DNA of 64,000 nt from Candidatus Cloacimonadales bacterium (GTDB taxonomy: Bacteria; Cloacimonadota; Cloacimonadia; Cloacimonadales; DAONDQ01): contig OY759316.1 in assembly GCA_963662275.1 (NCBI GenBank), forward strand, positions 1,536,001-1,600,000, read 5' to 3'. The notes beneath the pieces were generated by a model, which was given only the letters and a program-made list of their open reading frames with translations, was not told the DNA's origin and made no database searches. The number at the start of each line of letters is the position of its first letter. Within the stretch, counting starts at the first letter, position 1. The position numbers and the translations under genes were made by a program. Of the stretch, positions 37,001 to 47,987 are shown in pieces.

Positions 37001-39787
37001 TTAGTCTATCTTGATTTCCTCACTCAAAATCATTTCCTCAATCACTTGTTTTAATTCTTTTATTAGATTTTCTTTCTTCTCAGATGCTACATCAACTGAG
37101 ACATTAATATTGATCTTCAAATCTTTATCATTAGCCTTAAGTTTTGATAATAGCTTAATCCCAAAGCGATTCCAGCTATCAAAGGGTATATCACCAGATA
37201 GTCTGATAGTTTGGATTTTAGGCTTTTCAGGACTTGGTGGTGGGTCTTTTACCTTGGACGGATCTGTCCCATTAGTATCTTCTGGTGGAGTTTCTTCATC
37301 TATTGGATCATCTCCTGGAGCGGGAGGATCAAAAATTATTATTTCTTTGCCTTTTAGTGATAGAGCTGTTGTTTTTAACAGAAGAAAAACACCTGAATCA
37401 AAGGTAATTTCTGCCGAATCAACATATTCATTGTACCAAACATGGTCATAATCACCATTTTGTGTAGATTTTGATGCCAAACCAAAATCTCCTCTTTCAA
37501 CGAAGTCAGGCAACTTTGTTCTTAATACTGTATCTGGATCAAGTAGCCGTGTCAAAGAACCATTGAGAAAGCTTTGTCTAAGACCCGACAGAGGCCATGC
37601 TCCAGATTCTCTGAAGGCTGGAGGCCAGCTTCGTTCAAGATAGCCTGCTCCGATTGTTTCGTTTAACAGGGATTGTGATTTCAATGCTGAGATTACTCTA
37701 CCACATATTGATTCATTACCGCTTGAATGACCCGCTCCCAGATCAATGACTTTAAGGTTATTTGATTCTTTATTATCATAGATGATAATATAGCGATAGG
37801 ATGCCCATACTTCATCTTTTATGGCATGATCTGCATCAGACAATTTGGAATTCATTTCTGCATGATCACTACTGCTTAGATCACTTCCGAGAGTAAGGTC
37901 AGAGACTTCTTTTTTTACCTGGTTCCAAGCCAAATAGTCTTCAGCTTTTTCTTTCAACTCTCTTCCAGATTTACGCACACAAAACACTAATGCCCCAGGA
38001 TAAATCCTTGGTGAAGTCCCCCTGTTCCTTGTCCAATCTGAGATGCATTGCTTAATCTGATCATCTTCAGACCATTCATTATCCGGATTCACAACAACTA
38101 ATGTTAATTTAGGAGTGTCCTGTACTGCTGAGCTATCCTGTGGGAAAAAGACCAATGGCAAGATCGAGTATTTTTCAAACTCCTTTTTTACGAATTCTTT
38201 GATTAGAGGTTTTATTTGAGAATCTTCATCCAATGACGCTTTTCGGTCATTGACTACCTTTTTCAAAGTAGGTTGATATCCTATCTTATAGCCATCCGAG
38301 CCAATTCTACGTATAAAATATGATTTAGTTTCCAACGCAAATGCTGCATTATCAATAGAGGTTGTATCTATTCCTGGACAGCCCAAGGCAAAACGAATCT
38401 CTGGCAGATGTGCCATTTTATTGACTTGACCTCCAGATGATTCAAAGAATATCGTGGCTCCTACTTTTCTATGAATATATCTTAAAGAATCTTTCGTATC
38501 AGCATCCAAAGCTCTGGCATGCGAAATTTGACCTGAGATATCAGCATCTAAGGCATATTGGAGTCTGACTTCTCCCAATTGGCTCAATACAACGCTTCTG
38601 AATTCTGGGGCATCGAGAGGGGCACTTCCAAGCGTTATCAACGATTCCTTTAATGCGTATTTTTGGCTATCTTTGTAAGCATAGGATATCCATTGGGCTA
38701 ACATTGATAAAGTTCCTCTTGTTTGCTGAAATTGAACCAAAGCACTCCATTTTCTTTGAAATACAGATATTGTTGCTGGATGAAAAGGGAAACAACTTTC
38801 AAATTTCTGCTGTAACATTTCTTTCGCTTTATTTTCAGAAACAGAACTATCGACTAACATCCATGCCGGAGGTAGTTGCGCTCTTCTTTCATAGCACCAT
38901 TCAGTATATTCTTTACAAATGTTCTTTATTGTACGTTCACTTCCAATATTCTCAAATAATCTCTTACGTATTACTTCACTAATTTCAGCTTCATCATTTA
39001 CTATTAAGTCTTTGGATACTCTCGATACTATCTTTTGGATTTTGTCTTGCCAATCGCTATCCCATTGAGTCATCTCCACTGGGCTGCGCGGTAAACTGAT
39101 CAACACGGCACATTTTATCGGTTCAGTGGCAGCAATGGTTAGATTCTGGATAAACGCATGGAATTGATCAGCCATATCCCGATGACGGTTTAGATAATTT
39201 AAGACTTCATCAAAGAGAATCAATACTGGACAACCTGCAGCCTTAAATACACGGGAAAGCGTTTCTGTACCAGGTGGAACTGTCAGAGCTTGAGTGCCAA
39301 GCTCTTGAACTCCTTTATCACCTGCCAATTGATAGGCAATATCTATCCAAGGTGTTTCTTTCCCCACCTGCGGATCCCATGCATTCCCAACAAATACTGC
39401 AACCTTGGCTTTCGGTATTGTTTTCAGTCCTGTCCATTTGAGAAGATCTGATACTCCTTCATAACTACGTGCCTTTTCACCCGCTGTCACCAAATGATAC
39501 AATGTCGCTAAAGTGTGTGTTTTGCCTCCACCAAACTGTGTTAGTAAAGTCATAACTGGAGCAGTGTTTACAGTCTCTCCAAGCAACCTTCTTAATGTCA
39601 TTGCAGTATGTTCTCTCAAAGCCCTTGTAAAACAAGTACGGGAAAAGAATTGTTCAGGATTCTTGTAATCATCCGGGGCGGTACCAGAAACTATTTGCTC
39701 CAAATGAATAGCAAATTCGTCCGGGTTGAAAGACCGACCTTCTCTAACTTCCTTGCGTGGGGTTACAATTTTATACCAAGGTTCCAT
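37001..39787 (-). CDS. DUF499 AAA+ ATPase
   Basis: 'PW..IVTPR..V', 'T.FGGGKTHTL', 'LILFDEV', 'FPFHP', 'FQQTRG.L'. Confidence 0.92.
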   Translation of the reverse strand: MEPWYKIVTPRKEVREGRSFNPDEFAIHLEQIVSGTAPDDYKNPEQFFSRTCFTRALREHTAMTLRRLLGETVNTAPVMTLLTQFGGGKTHTLATLYHLVTAGEKARSYEGVSDLLKWTGLKTIPKAKVAVFVGNAWDPQVGKETPWIDIAYQLAGDKGVQELGTQALTVPPGTETLSRVFKAAGCPVLILFDEVLNYLNRHRDMADQFHAFIQNLTIAATEPIKCAVLISLPRSPVEMTQWDSDWQDKIQKIVSRVSKDLIVNDEAEISEVIRKRLFENIGSERTIKNICKEYTEWCYERRAQLPPAWMLVDSSVSENKAKEMLQQKFESCFPFHPATISVFQRKWSALVQFQQTRGTLSMLAQWISYAYKDSQKYALKESLITLGSAPLDAPEFRSVVLSQLGEVRLQYALDADISGQISHARALDADTKDSLRYIHRKVGATIFFESSGGQVNKMAHLPEIRFALGCPGIDTTSIDNAAFALETKSYFIRRIGSDGYKIGYQPTLKKVVNDRKASLDEDSQIKPLIKEFVKKEFEKYSILPLVFFPQDSSAVQDTPKLTLVVVNPDNEWSEDDQIKQCISDWTRNRGTSPRIYPGALVFCVRKSGRELKEKAEDYLAWNQVKKEVSDLTLGSDLSSSDHAEMNSKLSDADHAIKDEVWASYRYIIIYDNKESNNLKVIDLGAGHSSGNESICGRVISALKSQSLLNETIGAGYLERSWPPAFRESGAWPLSGLRQSFLNGSLTRLLDPDTVLRTKLPDFVERGDFGLASKSTQNGDYDHVWYNEYVDSAEITFDSGVFLLLKTTALSLKGKEIIIFDPPAPGDDPIDEETPPEDTNGTDPSKVKDPPPSPEKPKIQTIRLSGDIPFDSWNRFGIKLLSKLKANDKDLKININVSVDVASEKKENLIKELKQVIEEMILSEEIKID

Positions 39788-39796
39788 TTAAAACTC

Positions 39797-42772
39797 CTAA
39801 ATAGATTTAATTCCTAATAGCATTGCATCTAAAAGACGCTTTTCCTCACTACCAATGGGATACAAAGCTGAGAGGGAATTGGATAATCTGATAAAGTCCT
39901 GTCCGTTTTCTATTTCGCTCTTGAGCAATGCTCTAAGAGAATTTGTCTGTCCGTTTGCCTGTAACAACATTGCAGCGTGAACTCGATCAAGTGTCGTTAC
40001 CATGGTCGGTTTATGGTCTGTTTCAGCTCCGGATAAACTAACTTTCTTGCCTCTTATCTTTGGCATAGGTTTTACATCATATTCTGGAAACAAAGTTAAC
40101 TGCTCACTTACATTAAATGTTGAATCAACTTGGGAAATAGTATTTGTCCCAAATAATAATACTTCTCTCTCGGAAATCGGCAGAAGTCTTACTGTGCCTT
40201 TTTCTATTTCGATTATTCTGTGGTTCCATTTATTGAGATCTATCCCCAGTGGCTGTGCAAAACGTCGCGCAACATCATAAACCAAAGAATAACCACCTTT
40301 GACTTTTACTTTTTTGGTGCTTTCCTCATCTCCGTCATCATCTTCATCGCAATTACTGTCTATGTTTTCAAGGGGAATCCCTGTGGATTGTAATGTCCAT
40401 AGAAATAACGCCGTTAGCCGTGCATCTTCTTCCAAGGCTCCCGCAGCTCCATTTCTTGCTTTGGATTCTTCAGTTCCTAAAATCTGTTCTAAAGCAATTC
40501 TGCCAACTACTTCCCACACCTTCCCCAAATACCTAGCTATACTTACTTCTTTTCCATCAGCTTCTTCAACTTTGGAATAACGGCTGAAGATTTCTAAAGC
40601 AGGTCCTATGCAAGAAAAAACTAAATCTGCTCCCCTGATACCTTCAGCCTCTAATTTATCAATCCAAACACCAACTTTGTTAGGAAGCTCCTTAATAACT
40701 TCTGACCATTCTCCAACATTTGCATCAACTGGACGTGGACGACAAACGAGGTGAACACTTGAAAGCAACATAGCTTTTTTTACACCACCTTGGGAACCAC
40801 CTACTTTATTTTCCATTTCAGTTTTGATTGGCCAGGACGCAGTAATGGTGAATCCCGCATTTAATAGTCCAGAAAGTAGTGCTTCCCATCCTTCTGTTGT
40901 TTTATGAGCAAAGACTACTGAGCAAATTCCATCTTCCTTTAAAATCCTTCTGCCTTCAACAAATGCTTTACCCATCTGAGATTCGAAAAATTCTTTATTT
41001 TTTATCCGACCTTGATATGATCTTGTCTCATCTTGGACAATTTCTCTATCTTTGGGACTTAAATTGTTCATGCTGTTATAGGGATCTTTTAACATAGGGT
41101 GATTAGGTAATAAACGCTTTAACCAAACAAAAAAGAAATCAGATAAATCTGAATACGGTATTGCGTCATAATAGGGCGGATCAGTAAATAGCACCCCAAC
41201 TGATTCAGTAGCTAAGGGAGATTCACATGCATCCAATTGTTGTACTTGTCCAACTGAGTATTTAGACCTTTCTATAAATGCAATAATTTGATCTAAGGCT
41301 TTACGAAAATCGCCTGTTGAAGAAGCCAAAACATTAGCTTCAGCAAAATCCCATACAATTGGCATAGCTTGACGTCCAAAAGAATCCATCAAAGACTCGC
41401 CAGTAGGTTTCCACCTGCATAAACTATTATTTTGCATAGCTGCTTTGGTAATGCTGAACGCTATTAATTCGGCTATTTTAGGATTTAGAGATTTATGAAG
41501 ATCTACAATACTTTGTAAGGTTACCAATTGACGACAGTTGAACATTGAACGGTATCTAAAGATACCATATTTTTGAACAGAAAATGCTCTTCCGGCACCA
41601 GAACCTCCACCTACAGGTGTAGGTTCATCTGGAAATGGACATGAACCATCTTTTCCTCTATTATTCCAATCATCCATTACAACTTGGACTTTATCTTGTG
41701 CCTTCTTTACCACACTATAGTCAGATTCAGTAGGCAATCTATAACTCCTCCCAACCACTCCATTCTTAGAAGTAACTACAGCCAATAACAATGCACCACC
41801 TACACGTGCACCTTTAGTATCGAATATAGTATCTGCACCTCCGTTTTGGGTCATTAATTGAGATCGAACACGTTCAGGTTGTAAAACAGCCCCACAGCAT
41901 AAGCAAGTAGCTTTTGCTCTAGACACAGTTGGTCCTGCAACATCATTTTCATTTTTGGGCTCAAAAATATCAAAATCAACTAATGGTGTACCATCACGTG
42001 TTGTAGTTTTGAGATAATGCAAAGCAAGTTTCTTATTTGGCTTCTTGCAAAGCCAGAAACTTCTAATCAATGGTATTTCTGCACCACAATTAGGTGCTTC
42101 GCACCTGACAGTCCTTGCCCAAAGATACACAACCGGTTGTGATCCATTAGATTCATTTGGATAATATTCTAGTAATTCTGTCCTTGCTTTTGCAAGTATC
42201 TCGTCACCAGCGGAACGAAGTTCTTCAACAAGATGTGAGTTTGAACGGGGTATGTCTTCCAACATTACTTTCAAAATAAGGCAAGCGACAGGATTAAGGT
42301 CACTGGCAAAAGCATCACAACCTATTCTAAGAGCTTCCAAAGGAATGCTCCCTCCACCAGCGAAAGGATCAACAACAAGTGGCGTTTCTTCAGGATAAGC
42401 AGCTTTGACTAATGCTCTACTTACTTCCAAAAACTTTGGTTGATGTGCGTTATCCCAATTTGCAAAATCAGCGATGAATTGAAATAACTTTCTCTGCAAA
42501 TCATAGTCTGTATTACCAACACTACCGCTAACTTTCGGTAGCAACTTTCTTGCAATTGCCTTGAAATCACCTGGGCAAAGTGGATCACAGGGGTCAGGTA
42601 GTAATAATGCCATCAGCATAGCCCTGCATGATGCTAGAGGACGTCTTGCCCACCATAGATGCAATGTGCTCGGATGTCCGTGTTTTATAGATTTCTCTTT
42701 TACAGCATGTCTTGATACTTCCGCAATAGGAAAATCCACTTCAGCAAGACGTTTACATTCTTTGGGGATCAT
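39797..42772 (-). CDS. DUF1156 adenine DNA methyltransferase with Zn ribbon
   Basis: 'LHLWWARRPL', 'DPFAGGGSIPLEA', 'TDPPYYD'. Confidence 0.95.
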   Translation of the reverse strand: MIPKECKRLAEVDFPIAEVSRHAVKEKSIKHGHPSTLHLWWARRPLASCRAMLMALLLPDPCDPLCPGDFKAIARKLLPKVSGSVGNTDYDLQRKLFQFIADFANWDNAHQPKFLEVSRALVKAAYPEETPLVVDPFAGGGSIPLEALRIGCDAFASDLNPVACLILKVMLEDIPRSNSHLVEELRSAGDEILAKARTELLEYYPNESNGSQPVVYLWARTVRCEAPNCGAEIPLIRSFWLCKKPNKKLALHYLKTTTRDGTPLVDFDIFEPKNENDVAGPTVSRAKATCLCCGAVLQPERVRSQLMTQNGGADTIFDTKGARVGGALLLAVVTSKNGVVGRSYRLPTESDYSVVKKAQDKVQVVMDDWNNRGKDGSCPFPDEPTPVGGGSGAGRAFSVQKYGIFRYRSMFNCRQLVTLQSIVDLHKSLNPKIAELIAFSITKAAMQNNSLCRWKPTGESLMDSFGRQAMPIVWDFAEANVLASSTGDFRKALDQIIAFIERSKYSVGQVQQLDACESPLATESVGVLFTDPPYYDAIPYSDLSDFFFVWLKRLLPNHPMLKDPYNSMNNLSPKDREIVQDETRSYQGRIKNKEFFESQMGKAFVEGRRILKEDGICSVVFAHKTTEGWEALLSGLLNAGFTITASWPIKTEMENKVGGSQGGVKKAMLLSSVHLVCRPRPVDANVGEWSEVIKELPNKVGVWIDKLEAEGIRGADLVFSCIGPALEIFSRYSKVEEADGKEVSIARYLGKVWEVVGRIALEQILGTEESKARNGAAGALEEDARLTALFLWTLQSTGIPLENIDSNCDEDDDGDEESTKKVKVKGGYSLVYDVARRFAQPLGIDLNKWNHRIIEIEKGTVRLLPISEREVLLFGTNTISQVDSTFNVSEQLTLFPEYDVKPMPKIRGKKVSLSGAETDHKPTMVTTLDRVHAAMLLQANGQTNSLRALLKSEIENGQDFIRLSNSLSALYPIGSEEKRLLDAMLLGIKSI

Positions 42773-43752
42773 CTTTTCTTTTTCCCCTTATATTTTGAAA
42801 TGGCATTTACGATTTCCTCTCTCGATAAGTGTTTTATCAATTCAACCATGTTTGACGAGTATTTTATTAACATACCTGTATCATCCTTCCAGCAGTAGAG
42901 TATGTTTTTTTTTATTTCATATTCGTAACAGATAGATTGGAATACATGTTGAGTTAGCTTTATACCCTTTATCTCACCAATCTTTATAAGAATATCTTTC
43001 TGTCTAAAAGGATGGCTTTTATTGGGATCAACCTGTCTTTGTAAAACTAAAGGTCCTTTTGATTGATCATTCGTTATCCCGACGTTAAAATCAGCAGAAC
43101 CAACTTTTTTAATTGATTGAAGATTTATTGTATATATACTGAAAAACCTTGCTGTATCCAGTTTTTCTGATTCTAAATGACTAATTGAAGTCCTAAGTTC
43201 CTGAATGAATTGCATTATCGCTGGATCATTCTTTTCTGTACTATTTGATATATACTCAATTGGATTATATGGTGGTCGTATACCTATTGGTAGCAATACC
43301 CAAGATATTTTATCTTCGAGATTTATACCAAAAACCTCATGAATATAATCTTTGTAATTCATTATGTTTGCTTGAAGAAGACTATATATAATTATCTTAA
43401 ATCCAGGTTTGTTATAAAAATGTACGACATTATTCCTGAATGTACAAATTGCATTGAGATTCTGATATATTGCTTCCGGCATAAGTGAACTCGGTAAACA
43501 TTCTTTGGACCTCTCAAATGCTTGAAACCAATTCAGTGTTTTATAGGTACTTGTCTTTTCTTTAGGTCTATATATACTTATTTTATTCCTTGCTAGGATA
43601 GCCTTGAATAATAATTCCCATGCGTTAATCGCTAATATCGAAACGCACTCCTCCCTGTATTCCATTGTTGGTTTGTTGTATATCTCAATAAGCGCAATTA
43701 TAGCTGAAACGGAATTATCTCTCAATTTAGTGTAAGACCCAATATAATTCAA
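42769..43752 (-). CDS. DUF3644-like (HEPN-type) protein
   Basis: 'IEIYNKP...YR.E...L.INAWELL.KA', 'RNNVVHF' (Rx4H). Confidence 0.8.
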   Translation of the reverse strand: MNYIGSYTKLRDNSVSAIIALIEIYNKPTMEYREECVSILAINAWELLFKAILARNKISIYRPKEKTSTYKTLNWFQAFERSKECLPSSLMPEAIYQNLNAICTFRNNVVHFYNKPGFKIIIYSLLQANIMNYKDYIHEVFGINLEDKISWVLLPIGIRPPYNPIEYISNSTEKNDPAIMQFIQELRTSISHLESEKLDTARFFSIYTINLQSIKKVGSADFNVGITNDQSKGPLVLQRQVDPNKSHPFRQKDILIKIGEIKGIKLTQHVFQSICYEYEIKKNILYCWKDDTGMLIKYSSNMVELIKHLSREEIVNAISKYKGKKKR

Positions 43753-43815
43753 TTAATTCTCCTATTCCAAACCTCTATTTTAATTTATTAGATTAATACA
43801 TATATCAATTTTAGT

Positions 43816-46800
43816 TCATTTATATAGGTTTTGTGTATTTAAAGTGTAATGTTGTATTTTCTTAACTTCATTCCATTGAAATCTTGCAGGATCGGATATC
43901 GGTTCCTGAAGTGCAGGAGTAGAAGAGCAATTAGTTACAATATATAACCAAAAGCAATCACGACGGTCTTCTGCTACTCTTCTTTCATTGGGCGTGAGAA
44001 TAATCGTGCCGGTTTGAGCACCGATACCTTTAATTTCGATAAGACGTAGTTCACCGGAATTAACATCGAGACTTGTAATATCATAACCTAAATTCTTTTC
44101 ATGTACATCACAAACCTCTCTGCCTTGAGATTTTTCATATTCCATTACCACTTCCATGGCTATGGCTTCTGTTACAGGATTAGATTTAAGATTGCTAAGA
44201 TTATCATTCCTTGATTCTGGGTAAGGTAAAACGACAATACTTGTAAACCGTTCTACTCCTTGCAATGTAAGAGACCGTTGTCGTTCAAGTTCTCTGCGGC
44301 GCTTATCTCGTCGGGCTAAGACTTCAGCATGCCGATTTTCAGCTTGAGCTAAACGTCCTTCAGCACCAATAATACCTCGTTCTTTGTCATCATTAGCTTT
44401 CCCAATTTCTTCATCAACCTTCAGAAGAATTTCAGTGAGTGAAAGCTCAATATGAAGTTCTATGCGGGTAATCTCACCTATTCTTTCAGTACGGATTTCT
44501 TCTAAGAAAGGAATTAAAGCTTGTTCATTTAACCATATAGAAGCATCAGGCAGACAAGCAACTGCGGGAGGTTCAGATAAGTTTTCTATTGGTAAGTAAT
44601 CTCCTATTATGCCTGGTTCTTTGAGAACCGGTTCATGGTTTTCACCTAACTCTAAAACAAATATTCGCTCGTGTATTGTATTCCCAAGACCATCTACAAC
44701 CTTGGCTTTATAGAAATCATATCGCATAGGTTCAGTACTTTGTAAGGAGTAGAAATAAGCTCCTTTGCTTAACTCAATCTGGGAGATATTAACAATATAC
44801 TTGCGTAAGGCTTCAAAAAGAGGATGACCAGGAGTTACCCATTCAAGATTGTTCTTTTCAGCAACTTCCCTATCAGTGGTACAGCGTGGGTATTGATTTG
44901 CCAAAGGTGGAAGCTTCCATGTCATTTCCGTTTCAATACGTTTCAGATTCATAGGTGTCTTGGATGGGTCAAAAGTATGAATCAACTTTTCATTTGTTTT
45001 AATAGTGAAATTAGCTTGTTTGGCAGCTTCAGTGATAAATCGTGCAATGGTTTCAGGAACAAGACGTTTCTCCTGAGCTAAAGCCCGTCTTTCGATCAGC
45101 ATGCTTAAGTTTAATCTTTTTGAAGCCAATCCTTCCAGAGCATTTTGACAGATCGAACGGAATCGAGATTCATCAACATTTTGCAGAATCCTTACTTCCA
45201 AATCTGCATCCCCGAGCTTTCCAGCATAATAATCCCTTAAAATACGTTCAATTTGATCTGATGGCAAGATTTCTCCGACCACATTAAAAACGGCATCATC
45301 ATCAAGAGCATCTCGGATTTCCTGTAGTTTATCAAGCAGCTTTTGCAAAACCCTACCTTCGATTGTATTTGAAGCTACAAAATTGAATATTAGGCAATCC
45401 TTTTTCTGACCATATCTATGAATACGCCCCATACGTTGTTCAAGGCGATTGGGATTCCAAGGAATGTCATAGTTAAACATGATGTTACACATTTGAAGAT
45501 TAATACCTTCTCCAGCAGCTTCAGTCGCTACAAGAATTTGATATTCACCTTCTCTGAACATCTGTTCAGAATATAAGCGTGTACCTGGTTCGTTACGTGT
45601 TCCGGGTTTCATTCCACCATGGATGTAACCAACCGCAAACCCCCATGCTTTTAATTTCTCAACGAGATAATTTAAAGTATCCTTGAATTCTGTAAAAATA
45701 AGTAGTCTTCTGTCTTTATGATCAAAAAAACCTTGGTTTTGCAACACATCTTTAAGCTTGGATAATTTGGCTTCAGCATTCAATTGTTCAACTGCTTCTG
45801 CCAATTTGGCTAATTCTTTTAGTTCTTTAATCTCTTCTTTAACTTGCTCAGCATTTTGGACTAATGTTACTGCATCTAATATTGATTCGAGTCTTTCCCG
45901 CTCCATGTCTTCCATTTCTTCCCATTCTTCTTCATCAGGAAGGTCTGAAGGCATAAATTTTGATAACATATGAGCTTGTTTGAGACCATCTTCCAAGCGC
46001 GTGATACGATTTAGCAGACTGTGCCGCATAGCATAGGTGCTCGAGGCTAATCGTCTTTGGTACATTGACATCAGGAAACCGATGGCTCTCGCTCTGGGAT
46101 CATTCCCTTGTGCTGCTGCAATTGTACTTTGCCTTTTAACAAAGTTCGTTATTTCGCAATATAAATCAAACTCCTGATTATCAATGGCAAAAGAAACAGT
46201 ATGTGTAATCCGCTTTGTAAATATCTTGGAAGCTGCCCAAGTACCATCAGATATCTTTTCAGGAAAATAGACCATTGCTTCTTTGGTTCTTCTAAGATAG
46301 AATGGTGCTCGCTGGTTCACCATAGCCTGATTGATAGATTTTACATCAGCGAAAGCGTCTTTGTCCAATAGTTGAAGGAAATAGGAAAAATTCTCAGGGT
46401 CACCTTTGTGGGGTGTTGCAGTTAAAAGTAAATAATGGTCTGATATATCCCTTAAAAGCTCACCAAGTAGATATCTTGCCGTTTTACCACCGGAAGAACA
46501 TGACATACGATGGGCTTCGTCAACAATGATTAAGTCCCAATGGGTCTGACGTAGACCAGGTAAGATATCTTGTCGTTTCGCCAAATCAAGCGAAGTAATA
46601 ACTTTGTTATGTTCAAGCCATTGATTAACACCGAATTGTTCTCTGATGTCACCACCCTTGATGACTTGGAACTTCTCAGTAAATTTTTCATTCAATTCAC
46701 GTTGCCATTGGAATGATAGATTTGATGGACATACAATTAGTATTCTATCAGCCAAACCTCTTAAAGCCAATTCTCTAATTAGAAGACCTGCCATAATAGT

Positions 46801-47196
46801 CTTACCAGCTCCAGCATCATCAGCTAATAAAAATCTTATGCGAGCTAACTTGAGGAAATAATCATATACCGCTTCTAATTGATGGGGTAATGGATCAACC
46901 CGGGATATGGATAAACCGAAGTAAGGGTCAAATTCATAAGCTATGCCTAGCATATATGCTTGGATTCCTAAGCGAAGTAAATTACCATCGCCGTCATATT
47001 TATAGGTACTATCAGAAATTAATAATTTATCCAAGTCAGAATCAGTCAGGTTAACACTACGGAATATTTGACTATGAATTCCTACCAGACCAAGTACATT
47101 ATGTCCATTACTCTGAGAAATAACAGAAACAATCTTCATTGGTTCGTTGAACTGTGGTCCGTTCAGTATCTGACCAGGTTCTAATATGACTTCCAC
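43816..47196 (-). CDS. SNF2-family helicase with C-terminal DUF3883 nuclease
   Basis: 'LPHQ', 'LLADDAGAGKT', 'DEAH', 'TATPH', 'EGINLQ', 'QRMGRIHRYGQ'; C-terminal 'GYDI.S...RLIEIKG...LTPNE'. Confidence 0.95.
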   Translation of the reverse strand: MEVILEPGQILNGPQFNEPMKIVSVISQSNGHNVLGLVGIHSQIFRSVNLTDSDLDKLLISDSTYKYDGDGNLLRLGIQAYMLGIAYEFDPYFGLSISRVDPLPHQLEAVYDYFLKLARIRFLLADDAGAGKTIMAGLLIRELALRGLADRILIVCPSNLSFQWQRELNEKFTEKFQVIKGGDIREQFGVNQWLEHNKVITSLDLAKRQDILPGLRQTHWDLIIVDEAHRMSCSSGGKTARYLLGELLRDISDHYLLLTATPHKGDPENFSYFLQLLDKDAFADVKSINQAMVNQRAPFYLRRTKEAMVYFPEKISDGTWAASKIFTKRITHTVSFAIDNQEFDLYCEITNFVKRQSTIAAAQGNDPRARAIGFLMSMYQRRLASSTYAMRHSLLNRITRLEDGLKQAHMLSKFMPSDLPDEEEWEEMEDMERERLESILDAVTLVQNAEQVKEEIKELKELAKLAEAVEQLNAEAKLSKLKDVLQNQGFFDHKDRRLLIFTEFKDTLNYLVEKLKAWGFAVGYIHGGMKPGTRNEPGTRLYSEQMFREGEYQILVATEAAGEGINLQMCNIMFNYDIPWNPNRLEQRMGRIHRYGQKKDCLIFNFVASNTIEGRVLQKLLDKLQEIRDALDDDAVFNVVGEILPSDQIERILRDYYAGKLGDADLEVRILQNVDESRFRSICQNALEGLASKRLNLSMLIERRALAQEKRLVPETIARFITEAAKQANFTIKTNEKLIHTFDPSKTPMNLKRIETEMTWKLPPLANQYPRCTTDREVAEKNNLEWVTPGHPLFEALRKYIVNISQIELSKGAYFYSLQSTEPMRYDFYKAKVVDGLGNTIHERIFVLELGENHEPVLKEPGIIGDYLPIENLSEPPAVACLPDASIWLNEQALIPFLEEIRTERIGEITRIELHIELSLTEILLKVDEEIGKANDDKERGIIGAEGRLAQAENRHAEVLARRDKRRRELERQRSLTLQGVERFTSIVVLPYPESRNDNLSNLKSNPVTEAIAMEVVMEYEKSQGREVCDVHEKNLGYDITSLDVNSGELRLIEIKGIGAQTGTIILTPNERRVAEDRRDCFWLYIVTNCSSTPALQEPISDPARFQWNEVKKIQHYTLNTQNLYK

Positions 47197-47498
47197 TTAT
47201 TCTCTCCAAGTCATTATTTATGTATTCTACTTGCTTATCTGTAAATGAGCAAATTTTCTATTTTGAGTGAATCTTGTTCAAAGTACATTTAATTGATAAC
47301 AAATATATGCAGTTAATCTGTCAATTTGTTTTATATGGACTGTAACAACGAATAGAAGATTTTCAGAGAAAATCATCTCGCTCTACCCTTCGACATTTTC
47401 TCTAAACTCCAGAAAGACAGGCTAAGATTTATTGTCATGAATAATTACTTCTGACTAATAATCATAATTTTCTTGGCAAGGAATTCTTCTGGGACAAA

Positions 47499-47531
47499 GG
47501 AAAAGGGTGATGCATTGGCATCACCCTTTCC
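47499..47531. terminator. intrinsic terminator-like hairpin
   Basis: GGAAAAGGGTGATGC-ATTG-GCATCACCCTTTCC. Confidence 0.7.
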
Positions 47532-47546
47532 GCTGAATTATTAGTC

Positions 47547-47987
47547 TTACTTTATTAGTTTTTTATAATTATCAAAGCGTTCCAAATTTCTAAAATTCTT
47601 TAACGCAACACCATTTCTATTATTTTCACTTTCAAGGGCTTGAGTTCTAATATCGAAGGACACTTCCTTTGTGTATGTTGAACCATCTTTAAAATGCATC
47701 ATTTCAATTTTGTGATATGATATAGTTGGTATCAATATCATTACTTGTATAATTAACCCTAACCCTACTAAAAAGCTTACTGTCATTTTTAATTTCATTA
47801 CCATAGTTTTGGCAACCTCGCTTAATTATATTTTCTTCTAAAATCATAAATTTCCTTTTTGTATAATGCTACTTATGCGTAGCTTAATCAATCTGTTATT
47901 CTTAAATAAATACATGTTTTCAATAATCCAATTAATATCTGTGTACCTTTATGCTACTGGGTACTCTTACACGGTTTTAATTTTCAT
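47547..47987 (-). pseudogene. possible decayed gene
   Basis: Strong AAGGAGGGG RBS and ATG at 47987 followed by several in-frame stops, a residual 85-aa ORF, then a terminator. Confidence 0.35.
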
